Source: an uncultured Clostridium sp. (GTDB lineage: Bacteria; Bacillota; Clostridia; TANB77; CAG-465). Taken from it: a stretch of DNA of 64,000 bases. Positions within the stretch are counted from its first letter, which is position 1; each line of letters opens with the position of its first letter. A model generated the notes under the pieces. The model made no database searches, was not told where the DNA came from, and saw nothing but the letters and a program-made list of their open reading frames with translations. The stretch spans positions 1,467-65,466 of the forward strand of contig CANAIR010000003.1 in the NCBI GenBank assembly GCA_947361355.1. The letters run 5' to 3'. Below, piece after piece: positions 29,762 to 38,656 of the stretch. The translations under genes were made by a program, and so were the position numbers.

Positions 29762-30829
29762 ATGTTACCAGTAATATTAGTTGCAATTGCTGTATCTTTA
29801 TTATTACTTTTAGATATATATGTAGAATTAGAAAATAATAAGAGAATATCCAAAAATGGCAAAATAAAAAATGGAATAGTAGATAAAACTATACAAGATA
29901 TGTATAATATAATGGGAAATACGAATTCTACTGATGAAAAAATATTATCTTTAAATAGAGTGCTTATAAAAGCTTTTAAACCTAAATATTCATCAATAGT
30001 TTTATATGATGGTAATAAGTATCAAATGAAAGCAACAAATGTAGAAGAAGATTTTATAGAAGCTATTTCAAATGTAGCAGAGGAAAATATTTTTAGATCA
30101 AATGTTATAAAAAATGTCTCTAAATATTCTGTTGCAACAACTGATAAAAGTTTAGCATATAAAAGTGCACTTGAAAGAAAAATTAGATCTGCTATTTTTT
30201 CACCTATATATTATAATAATATGTTTTTAGGATTTTGGTTTATTGAAGATACCAAAGAACACGCTTTTGATGGAATATCAAATTTGGATTTAGATAAATT
30301 TAAATATAATCTGAGTTTGTTTATTGAAAATATAGCTAAGCAAAATACAATAGAAATAGCAGAAAATACAGATAAGCAAACAGGGTATTACAATAATTTA
30401 TATTTATACTCAAATGCAAGAGATATTCTTATTTCACATGATACTAGTTCTATTAGTTTAATATGCTTGAAAAACATACCAGATATTAATGAAAAATATA
30501 GTAGAAATTTAGGTAATACTTTGTTAATTAAAGTAACAAATGCTATAAAAGACATAGTATCAAAAGAATCAATACTTGTTAGATATAGTGGTATTAGACT
30601 TTTAATAATAACACCAGGTTCAAATGCTCAAGTATCACAACCTATAATGGAAAGAGTATTAAGTAAAATAAAATCTGAAGTTGAATATGTTGATGATGAG
30701 AAAGTAGCAGTTGAATCTCAAATTTTAATTCATACAGTAAAAAAACAAAATAATATAGAAAAAGAAATACAAAACATGATTTCTAGAATTGATACTATGA
30801 AACCAGTGAATGTAATAAAAATTCTTTAA
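29762..30829 (+). CDS. membrane-anchored GAF plus degenerate GGDEF-domain protein
   Basis: N-terminal TM segment, then a GAF-like region (..IFSPIYYNNMFLGFWFIED..). The GGDEF-domain start is DKQTGYYNNLYL, and the signature motif is replaced by RYSGIRLL. Confidence 0.55.
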   Translation: MLPVILVAIAVSLLLLLDIYVELENNKRISKNGKIKNGIVDKTIQDMYNIMGNTNSTDEKILSLNRVLIKAFKPKYSSIVLYDGNKYQMKATNVEEDFIEAISNVAEENIFRSNVIKNVSKYSVATTDKSLAYKSALERKIRSAIFSPIYYNNMFLGFWFIEDTKEHAFDGISNLDLDKFKYNLSLFIENIAKQNTIEIAENTDKQTGYYNNLYLYSNARDILISHDTSSISLICLKNIPDINEKYSRNLGNTLLIKVTNAIKDIVSKESILVRYSGIRLLIITPGSNAQVSQPIMERVLSKIKSEVEYVDDEKVAVESQILIHTVKKQNNIEKEIQNMISRIDTMKPVNVIKIL

Positions 30830-30883
30830 TATATATCATTTATAATAAAAAAATATAATATAATGTATAAAGGAGTGATTTTT

Positions 30884-31129
30884 ATGGATCAAAATACAAC
30901 AGTTTTTTCTCCTCAAAAGGATGAATCAAAAAGAGTTAAAGAGATAATGGAACAGGTTGTAGCAGCTTTGAAAGATAAGGGATATGAACCAGTAAGTCAA
31001 ATAATAGGTTATATATTATCTGGTGATCCAACATATATTACATCTCACCAAAATGCTAGGGCTTTAATTTGTAAAATTGAAAGAGATGATTTATTACAAG
31101 AAATGATAAGGAAATATCTTGAAATATAG
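30884..31129 (+). CDS. ireB: IreB-family regulatory phosphoprotein (UPF0297)
   Basis: VKEIMEQVVAALKDKGYEPVSQIIGYILSGDPTYITSHQNAR. Confidence 0.8.
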   Translation: MDQNTTVFSPQKDESKRVKEIMEQVVAALKDKGYEPVSQIIGYILSGDPTYITSHQNARALICKIERDDLLQEMIRKYLEI

Positions 31130-31137
31130 GTAAAAAT

Positions 31138-31560
31138 ATGAAAAGAATTCTTGGAATAGATTATGGTGATGTAAGGGTAGGAGTAGCTATTTCTGATCCA
31201 CTTAGGATTACTGCTCAAGGATTAGATAATCTTGTTATTAATGGTAGTGATAAAAAATTTTTTAGTGGTATCAAAAAATTAGTGCAGGATTATGATGTAG
31301 AAGAAATAGTAATTGGTTATCCCAAAAATATGGATGGTACAAAATCCCAAAAAACAGAAAAGATTGATGAACTAATTAATGGATTAGAAAAGTTAAATTT
31401 AATAGTTCATATATGGGATGAAAGGTTAACTACCGTATCTGCATATAAAACTATGAGAGAGTTAAATATTTCTCAAAAAAATAAAAACAAAGTAGCTGAT
31501 AAACTTGCAGCTACCTATATATTAGAAGGATTTTTAAATAGAAAAGGGGAATCAAAATAA
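31138..31560 (+). CDS. ruvX: Holliday junction resolvase-like RuvX (YqgF)
   Basis: ILGIDYGDVRVGVAISDP...GYPKNMDGT...DERLTT. Confidence 0.88.
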   Translation: MKRILGIDYGDVRVGVAISDPLRITAQGLDNLVINGSDKKFFSGIKKLVQDYDVEEIVIGYPKNMDGTKSQKTEKIDELINGLEKLNLIVHIWDERLTTVSAYKTMRELNISQKNKNKVADKLAATYILEGFLNRKGESK

Positions 31561-31592
31561 TAGATTTACCTTTTTTATTTTTTATAAAAAAA

Positions 31593-31649
31593 GAACAAAT
31601 GTATTGACAAAGAAATAATATTATATTATAATAATATAAACAAATGTTT
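31593..31649 (+). promoter_or_regulatory. recN promoter with two SOS-box-like sites
   Basis: GAACAAATGTAT (31593-604) abuts TTGACA (31604-09); 17-nt spacer; TATAAT (31627-32). AAACAAATGTTT (31638-49) is identical to the recA box 2 12-mer. Confidence 0.6.
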
Positions 31650-31664
31650 TTTTAGAGGTGAAAT

Positions 31665-33311
31665 ATGATTACTACATTACATATAAAAAATATAGGAATA
31701 ATAGAAGATATAACTATTAATTTAAATAGTGGTTTTAATGTCTTAACTGGTGAGACGGGGGCTGGAAAAAGTTTAATAATTGACTCTTTAATGATATTGT
31801 GTGGTGGAAGATTTTCAAAAGATATGATAAGAAGGGGTCAGGAGTATTCATTTGTGGAGGCATGTATATATGTTCCTAAAAATGAGTATGCAGAAGATGG
31901 TAATATTATTGTATCAAGGGAAATCCATATAAATGGGAGAAACCTTTGTAAAATAAATGGAAGAATGGTTACTGTTAATATTTTAAAAAGTATTATGACT
32001 AATATTATTGATATTCATGCCCAAAATGATAGTCATGATATAATGTTTCAAGCAAGCCATATTAATTATTTAGATAATTATGCAAATAATGAAGTAATAT
32101 CTTTGAAAGAAGAGTATAGTAAATTATATAGTGAGTATAAAAAAATAAATGAAGAACTTGAAAATAGTTTTGGAAACGAAAAGCAAAAGCAAAGGACATT
32201 AGATTTACTTACATACCAATTGAATGAAATAAATAATGCACGTTTGAAAATGGATGAAGAAAATAAACTTGAAGAAAAACTAAAAATTATACAAAATAAA
32301 GAAAAAGTGTATAATAACCTTACCAAATCAAGTAATATTTTAAGTGATAATATTATATCTAATTTTGAAAACGTAATAAGTTGTTTAAGTAAAATAGAAT
32401 CCTTTGATGCTAAGTATATGCAAAGTTTAACTTCAATTCAAAGTTTATACTATGATGTACAAGATATATATGAAACTTTAAATGGTTATTTATATGAAAA
32501 TGAGTATTGTGATTTGGATTCTAACGAAATAACAAGTAGATTAGATTTAATATATTCATTAAAACGTAAATATGGAAATAATATTGATGAAATATTAAAA
32601 TATAAGTCTGATATACAAGAACAAATAGACAAAATAATGAATTTAGAAGAATATAATAAAAGTTTAAAAATAAAATTGGATGAAATAAAATTAAAAATGA
32701 ATGAAATTTGTAATAACTTACATGAAAAAAGAGCTATATATGCTAAAAAGTTAAGTGAAAAGATAAACAATGAATTAAAAGATTTAGAAATGGAAAGTGC
32801 TTCATTTAAAGTAGAAGTTAATCTTGAAAATCAATATACAAAAAATGGTTTAGATAAAGTAGAATTTGTTATTTCAACTAATATTGGCGAAGAATACAAA
32901 CCACTTGTAAAAATTGCTTCAGGTGGTGAAATGTCCAGAATTATGTTAGCTATAAAAGTTGTACTGGCAAATATTTCTGAGACATCTGTAATTATATTTG
33001 ATGAAATAGATACAGGTATTAGTGGAACAGCCGCAAGGGCATTTAGTGAAAAAATGAAAATACTTTCAAAAACACATCAATTAATTTGTATAAGCCATTT
33101 ACCTGTTATTGCAGCAAAAGCAGATTATAATTATAAAATCCAAAAAGAAGTTGTTGAAGATAATACCATTACGAGCATAAAATTGTTAAATGAGTCTGAA
33201 ACATTAAATGAAATTGCAAGAATTTCTAGTGGAAATGTTACAGATATTTCATTGAAACATGCTATGGAACTAAGAAAATCATGTGAAAGTTATAATAAAA
33301 TTTCAGCTTAA
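31665..33311 (+). CDS. recN: DNA repair protein RecN
   Basis: LHIKNIGIIEDITINLNSGFNVLTGETGAGKSLIIDSL...ASGGEMSRIMLAIK...IFDEIDTGISG. Confidence 0.93.
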   Translation: MITTLHIKNIGIIEDITINLNSGFNVLTGETGAGKSLIIDSLMILCGGRFSKDMIRRGQEYSFVEACIYVPKNEYAEDGNIIVSREIHINGRNLCKINGRMVTVNILKSIMTNIIDIHAQNDSHDIMFQASHINYLDNYANNEVISLKEEYSKLYSEYKKINEELENSFGNEKQKQRTLDLLTYQLNEINNARLKMDEENKLEEKLKIIQNKEKVYNNLTKSSNILSDNIISNFENVISCLSKIESFDAKYMQSLTSIQSLYYDVQDIYETLNGYLYENEYCDLDSNEITSRLDLIYSLKRKYGNNIDEILKYKSDIQEQIDKIMNLEEYNKSLKIKLDEIKLKMNEICNNLHEKRAIYAKKLSEKINNELKDLEMESASFKVEVNLENQYTKNGLDKVEFVISTNIGEEYKPLVKIASGGEMSRIMLAIKVVLANISETSVIIFDEIDTGISGTAARAFSEKMKILSKTHQLICISHLPVIAAKADYNYKIQKEVVEDNTITSIKLLNESETLNEIARISSGNVTDISLKHAMELRKSCESYNKISA

Positions 33312-33469
33312 ATATAAATGTTTTTTACATTTTTTAAAATGATAATTTAAGAATAAAAAATTAATTTTTTTTGTTAATTTTAACTAAAAATGTAAAAAAA
33401 TAAGAAATGTATATACAATTAAAAAAATTTAGTGTATAATACTTTTATAATAAAAGGAGGAAAATAATA

Positions 33470-33835
33470 ATGAGTAAAGACGAAAAGATAGAAGGATGTG
33501 CTTCAGGTTGTGCTGGATGTAGTGGTTGTGGACATGATCATGCAGAAAGTTTTTTACCAGAGGGATTAAGTCCTGTAATTACACTTACTGATGAAAACGG
33601 AAAAGATAGTAAGTTTGAAATTTTAGACGTTGTTGTTTTAGAAGATGAAAGAGAATTTTTAGTTGTATCTGAAGTATCTAATGACGAAAAAGAAGATATT
33701 GAAGTTGTAATTCTTGAGATTAAGCAAGAAGGTGAAGAGGAAGTTTATGATACAGTAACAGATGATAAACTGGCTGAAAAAATATTTAATGAATTTGTAA
33801 AACAACAAAAAGATTTGGAAAAGTCAGATGATTAA
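33470..33835 (+). CDS. DUF1292-family protein with a Cys/His-rich N-terminus
   Basis: ITLTDENGKDSKFEILDVVVLEDEREFLVV is the DUF1292 core. The N-terminus reads GCASGCAGCSGCGHDH. Confidence 0.7.
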   Translation: MSKDEKIEGCASGCAGCSGCGHDHAESFLPEGLSPVITLTDENGKDSKFEILDVVVLEDEREFLVVSEVSNDEKEDIEVVILEIKQEGEEEVYDTVTDDKLAEKIFNEFVKQQKDLEKSDD

Positions 33836-33842
33836 TTAAATT

Positions 33843-33886
33843 AAAAGGTATTTTGTTATAATTGTGAAAGCAAAATACCTTTTTTG
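33843..33886 (+). terminator. intrinsic terminator
   Basis: AAAAGGTATTTTG / CAAAATACCTTTT stem followed by a T-run. Confidence 0.8.
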
Positions 33887-33972
33887 TATGTGTAGTGAAA
33901 TTTTGGTGAAAATGCCTTACTAATGTTCACATTTAAAGCTATTTGTGCTATAATATGCGTAGGTGATAAAGA

Positions 33973-35232
33973 GTGAATGAAGCATATAAATTATTTAATA
34001 TATCAGATAAATTGATTAGTATCACAGAAAAATCAGAAAATAATTTAAAAGAAGAGTTTAGTAAGATAGAAAGTATAGCATTATATAACCAGGCTAAAGT
34101 TTTAAAGGCCTTTAATGAGGCAAGGATTTCCCAGGCACATTTTGGCAAAACGACTGGTTATGGTTATAATGATATAGGAAGAGAAGCAATTGAAAAAGTA
34201 TATTCTAGTGTGTTTAAGTCAGAAGATGCTTTAGTAAGGGTTCAATTTGTAAATGGAACACATGCAATTGCGACAACTTTAAGAGGTATTTTAATGCCAG
34301 GAGATACACTTCTTGCAATTACTGGTACACCATATGATACACTTTGCGAAGTTATTGGAATTAATAAATCAAGTAAATCACTAATTAGTTATGGTATAAA
34401 ATATAGTCAGATAGATTTGTTAGAAAATGATGATATAGATATTAAATCAGTATTAGAATATTTGAAAAATAACAAAGTTAAAGCTATACATATTCAACGT
34501 TCACGTGGCTATGCACTAAGAAGAGCTTTTAGGATAAGTGAAATAGAAGAAGTGATAAAAAAAATTAGAGAAATTGATAAAGAAGTAATAATAATGGTAG
34601 ATAATTGTTATGGCGAATTTGTTGAAATGAAAGAGCCTATAGAAGTTGGTGCTGATGTAGTATGTGGAAGCCTTATAAAAAATATAGGTGGAGGACTTTG
34701 CGAAACAGGAGGATATATTGTAGGTAGAAAGGATTTGATTGAACTTTGTGCAGTAACACTTACATGCCCTGGAATAGGAAAAGAGTGTGGTGCTACAATG
34801 GGGCAAAATAGAAATATGCTACAAGGAATATTTATGGCACCCGCAACAGTTAAAAATGCAATGAAATCAGCTATACTTTCAGCCAAGATAATGGAAGAAT
34901 TAGGTTATGAGACTTTTCCAAATTCAAATGCTAAAAGAGCGGACATTGTACAATCTATTAAATTTTCAAATAAGAAAGATTTAATAAAGTTTATCCAAGG
35001 AATCCAAAAAGCCTCACCTGTAGACAGTCATGTAACTCCTTTTCCGTGGGAAATGCCTGGTTATGATAGTCAAGTAATAATGGCTGCTGGATCATTTATT
35101 GATGGTGCATCTATCGAGCTTTCAGCAGACAGTCCAATAAGAGAACCGTATGTTGCATATATGCAAGGAGGACTTACATATGAATCAGCAAAACTTGCTA
35201 TATGTTCAGCAATACAAAATATGATAAGTTAG
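33973..35232 (+). CDS. methionine gamma-lyase-family PLP protein (YnbB / aluminium-resistance family)
   Basis: ALYNQAKVLKAFNEARISQAHFGKTTGYGYNDIGREAIEKVY is typical of this family. GTG start. Confidence 0.75.
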   Translation: MNEAYKLFNISDKLISITEKSENNLKEEFSKIESIALYNQAKVLKAFNEARISQAHFGKTTGYGYNDIGREAIEKVYSSVFKSEDALVRVQFVNGTHAIATTLRGILMPGDTLLAITGTPYDTLCEVIGINKSSKSLISYGIKYSQIDLLENDDIDIKSVLEYLKNNKVKAIHIQRSRGYALRRAFRISEIEEVIKKIREIDKEVIIMVDNCYGEFVEMKEPIEVGADVVCGSLIKNIGGGLCETGGYIVGRKDLIELCAVTLTCPGIGKECGATMGQNRNMLQGIFMAPATVKNAMKSAILSAKIMEELGYETFPNSNAKRADIVQSIKFSNKKDLIKFIQGIQKASPVDSHVTPFPWEMPGYDSQVIMAAGSFIDGASIELSADSPIREPYVAYMQGGLTYESAKLAICSAIQNMIS

Positions 35233-35245
35233 ATGGTGTATAAAG

Positions 35246-36490
35246 ATGAGAGTAGTAGTAATTGGTGGTGGAGCAGCTGGTATGATTGCAGCTATAACAG
35301 CTGCAAAAGAAGGAAATGATGTTACTTTAGTTGAAAAAAATAGTTCTCTTGGAAAAAAAATAAAAATTACTGGAAAAGGTAGATGTAATTTAACATTTGA
35401 TGGAGATATAGATGATTTTAAATCTAATATAGTAAAAAACTATAAATTTATGTATAGCAGTTTTAATAAATTCAGCAATAAGGATGTTGTAGAGTATTTT
35501 AATAATCTTGGGGTCAAAACTAAGGTTGAACGAGGTGGAAGAGTATTTCCAGTTAGTGATGATGCAAATGAAATTGTAACTGCTTTAAAAAATCAGTTAA
35601 AGCTATATAATGTAAACATATTATATAATAGCAGTTTAATTGATTTAGTAGTGGAAAATAATAATATTATTGGAGTGAAGCTAAAAGATGGTAAAATATT
35701 AAATTGCAATAAGTGTATAATTGCAGTTGGCGGGAAAACCTATCCAGCAACTGGAAGCACTGGTGATGGGTATAATATAGCCCAAAAATATGGTCATAAA
35801 ATTATAGATACTTTACCAGGACTTGTACCTTTAAAATCAAATGATAAAATTTGTAAAGAATTACAGGGGTTATCTCTTAAAAATATTAAGTTTAAGTTAA
35901 TAGAAAAAAATGGTAAAATTATATATGAAGAATTTGGTGAAATGTTATTTTCTCATTTTGGGATTACAGGTCCAGTAGTATTAAGTGCAAGTAGTAAACT
36001 AAATAGAATAGATAATTTAGATGAAAAAATTAAAAATCATGAGATTTTTGCTATTATAGATTTAAAACCCGCTTTAGAATTAGATGTTTTAGATAAAAGG
36101 ATTTGTAGAGATTTTGAAAAATATTCAAATAAAGAATTTAAAAATAGTTTAAATGATTTATTACCACAAAAACTTATTCCTATTGTTATATCACTTAGTA
36201 AAATAGATGAAAATAAAAAAGTGCATCAAATAAAAAAAGAAGAAAGAAAAAAGATAGTTGAAATACTTAAGTCGTTGAAAATTTGTATATCAGGTCTTAT
36301 GCCAATTGATATTGCAATAGTTACAAGTGGTGGGATAGATGTAAAAGATATAAATCCTAAAACTATGGAATCAAAAATTGTAAAAGGCCTGTATTTTGCA
36401 GGTGAAATTTTAGATGTTGATGCCTATACAGGAGGTTTTAATTTACAAATAGCATTTTCAACGGGAGTAACCGCTGGAAAAAATAATTGA
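35246..36490 (+). CDS. NAD(P)/FAD-dependent oxidoreductase, HI0933/BaiN family
   Basis: VVVIGGGAAGMIAA...LGKKIKITGKGRCNLT...GGKTYPATGSTGDGY. Confidence 0.8.
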   Translation: MRVVVIGGGAAGMIAAITAAKEGNDVTLVEKNSSLGKKIKITGKGRCNLTFDGDIDDFKSNIVKNYKFMYSSFNKFSNKDVVEYFNNLGVKTKVERGGRVFPVSDDANEIVTALKNQLKLYNVNILYNSSLIDLVVENNNIIGVKLKDGKILNCNKCIIAVGGKTYPATGSTGDGYNIAQKYGHKIIDTLPGLVPLKSNDKICKELQGLSLKNIKFKLIEKNGKIIYEEFGEMLFSHFGITGPVVLSASSKLNRIDNLDEKIKNHEIFAIIDLKPALELDVLDKRICRDFEKYSNKEFKNSLNDLLPQKLIPIVISLSKIDENKKVHQIKKEERKKIVEILKSLKICISGLMPIDIAIVTSGGIDVKDINPKTMESKIVKGLYFAGEILDVDAYTGGFNLQIAFSTGVTAGKNN

Positions 36491-36513
36491 AATTAATAAG
36501 GAGGAAATATATA

Positions 36514-37662
36514 ATGGATGAAAAAGTATTTATAAAAGAAAAAAAAGGAGCACCAGTAATTGTAGTAGCTTTAGTAACTGCAATTGTTGGAAGTCTACTT
36601 GGAAGTTTATTTACATATTTTGTAATAGAAAATAAAGTTGATTTAGGCTCAGGTGATGGAGGAAAAAATGTAGTTAATACAAAGTATGAAATAGAAAAAA
36701 CTGATAGTCCAGTTGTTGCAATTGCACAAAAAGCTGGTCCATCAATAGTTGGTGTTAAAATTACATCTGTATCACAAAACTTCTTTGGTTCTTTACAAGA
36801 ATCTGATGAGGAAGGTTCAGGAATAATTTATAGCGAAGATGGGTATATTATAACTAATTATCATGTTATTCAAACAGCTATTAAAAATTCTACTGCTAAA
36901 GTGCAAGTAACTCTAGCAAATGGTGAAGAAACATATGATGCAACTGTTGTTGGTGGAGATGAAACAACAGATTTAGCTGTTATAAAAATTGATAAAACTG
37001 GGCTTACGGCAGCTGAATTTGGTTCATCTAAGGATTTAAAGGTTGGAGAACTTGCAGTTGCAATAGGAAATCCTTTAGGACAAGAACTTGCAGGAAGTGT
37101 TACTGTTGGATATGTTTCAGCTTTAAATAGGAAGCTTACAACAGATGGCAGAACATATAAATTAGTTCAAACAGATGCTGCAATTAACCCTGGAAATAGT
37201 GGTGGAGCTTTAGTTAATTCACAAGGTCAAGTAATTGGTATTAATACAGTTAAAATTGGAGCAACTGAAGTAGAAGGGATTGGTTTTGCAATTCCATCTG
37301 ATGATGCACTACCAATTATAAAAGAGTTAATTGAAAATAAAAAGATTGTTAGACCATATATAGGACTTTCTGGAATTAATGTTGATAAAAATACAGCTAA
37401 AATTAACAATATAGTCGAAGGAATATATGTGGCACAAGTTATGGCTAATACTCCAGCAGCACAAGCAGGAATACAAAAAGGTGATGTAATAGTTTCAATT
37501 GAAGGAAAAACAGTAAAGACAATGGAAGAGTTAAATGAAGTTAAAAATTCCAAAAAAGTGGGAGATGAAATTACATTAAAAGTAAATAGAGCAGGAAAAG
37601 AAGTAGAAGTAAAAGTTACACTTGCTGCTGATGATAATATTTCTACTAATTTAACTAATTAA
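36514..37662 (+). CDS. htrA: HtrA/DegP-family serine protease with PDZ domain
   Basis: Catalytic triad context TNYHVI / TDLAVIKI / INPGNSGGAL. N-terminal TM segment and C-terminal PDZ domain. Confidence 0.88.
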   Translation: MDEKVFIKEKKGAPVIVVALVTAIVGSLLGSLFTYFVIENKVDLGSGDGGKNVVNTKYEIEKTDSPVVAIAQKAGPSIVGVKITSVSQNFFGSLQESDEEGSGIIYSEDGYIITNYHVIQTAIKNSTAKVQVTLANGEETYDATVVGGDETTDLAVIKIDKTGLTAAEFGSSKDLKVGELAVAIGNPLGQELAGSVTVGYVSALNRKLTTDGRTYKLVQTDAAINPGNSGGALVNSQGQVIGINTVKIGATEVEGIGFAIPSDDALPIIKELIENKKIVRPYIGLSGINVDKNTAKINNIVEGIYVAQVMANTPAAQAGIQKGDVIVSIEGKTVKTMEELNEVKNSKKVGDEITLKVNRAGKEVEVKVTLAADDNISTNLTN

Positions 37663-37695
37663 AAGTATATAAACTTTAATATTAATAAAAGTAAA

Positions 37696-37735
37696 AAGAC
37701 TAGCACAAATTTGAAATTATGTGCTAGTCTTTTAT
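37696..37735. terminator. bidirectional terminator
   Basis: AAGACTAGCACA / TGTGCTAGTCTT 12-bp stem. Confidence 0.8.
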
Positions 37736-37737
37736 AT

Positions 37738-38007
37738 TTATTCAAATATTTTTTTGTATAAACTTCTGCGAATCATGAAATTTTCTGTTTGTGCAAGTGC
37801 ACGAAGTTTTTCTATTTTGCCTTTTTCATCTAAAAACTTGAATTCTTCATATTCACAGCTTACTATTTCTTGTGAATAATGAATTTTTTTACCTTTTTGA
37901 TTTGTATATTTTACGAGTATAAATTTGCCTTTTTCAAAACTTTCTTCAAATACAAATCCTTCTACATTTGCCTTGTTCATTATGATACAGTTCTGGATAT
38001 TTTCCAT
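37738..38007 (-). CDS. hypothetical protein, paralog 1 (89 aa)
   Basis: Aligns with the neighbouring 105-aa ORF (FVFEES..GKFILVKYTNQKGKKIHYSQEIV..EYEEF..L..LA.TE.F.IR..L). Confidence 0.55.
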   Translation of the reverse strand: MENIQNCIIMNKANVEGFVFEESFEKGKFILVKYTNQKGKKIHYSQEIVSCEYEEFKFLDEKGKIEKLRALAQTENFMIRRSLYKKIFE

Positions 38008-38157
38008 AATAGCAATCCCTCCATAAATTTATTTTAGGTTATCTAGTTATCTTTATTACAGTATATGCTATAATATAAGTTAATGTGTAATCTAAAGGTT
38101 GTATTAATTTAAAAAACTCTAACTGTGATAAAAAATAATAAGTTCCAAAAATACTAC

Positions 38158-38475
38158 TTAAAACATTTCTACTTGAAGAAGATTTTTATTTTCTTCTGGT
38201 AGAAGTTCACAAAATAAAATTTCAAATAAATCTCCACGGATTTTAAAAGTTTCTGTACCCGCGAGGCTATTTAGTAATTTTATTTTATCTTTTGTAGGTA
38301 ACAAAAACATTTCGTTATATTCTTTTGTTAATACTTCATGGGGAAAATAAATCTTATAACCTCTTTTCTTTTTGTAATTTATAAGTGCAAATGAACCATA
38401 ACTATTGCACTCGAATACGAGCCCAGTTGTGTAATCATTAGTTGGAATAATTTTTTTTATAAAACTTTTAATCAT
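38158..38475 (-). CDS. hypothetical protein, paralog 2 (105 aa)
   Basis: LVFECNSYGSFALINYKKKRGYKIYFPHEVLTKEYNEMF...LAGTETFKIRGDLF. Paralogous to 37738-38007. Confidence 0.55.
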   Translation of the reverse strand: MIKSFIKKIIPTNDYTTGLVFECNSYGSFALINYKKKRGYKIYFPHEVLTKEYNEMFLLPTKDKIKLLNSLAGTETFKIRGDLFEILFCELLPEENKNLLQVEMF

Positions 38476-38656
38476 TTTTTCTCCTTCATAAATTTATTTT
38501 GGTTTATAATATGAATCATTAATATTATAACATATATCTTTGTACAAGTCAACATAAAGCACTGAGCTGCATAAAAACAAAATATCCATTTGAATTTGAA
38601 TTATATCAGAAAATGTTATATAATATATGTGTAAAATGTAGATATGAGGTAGTAAA

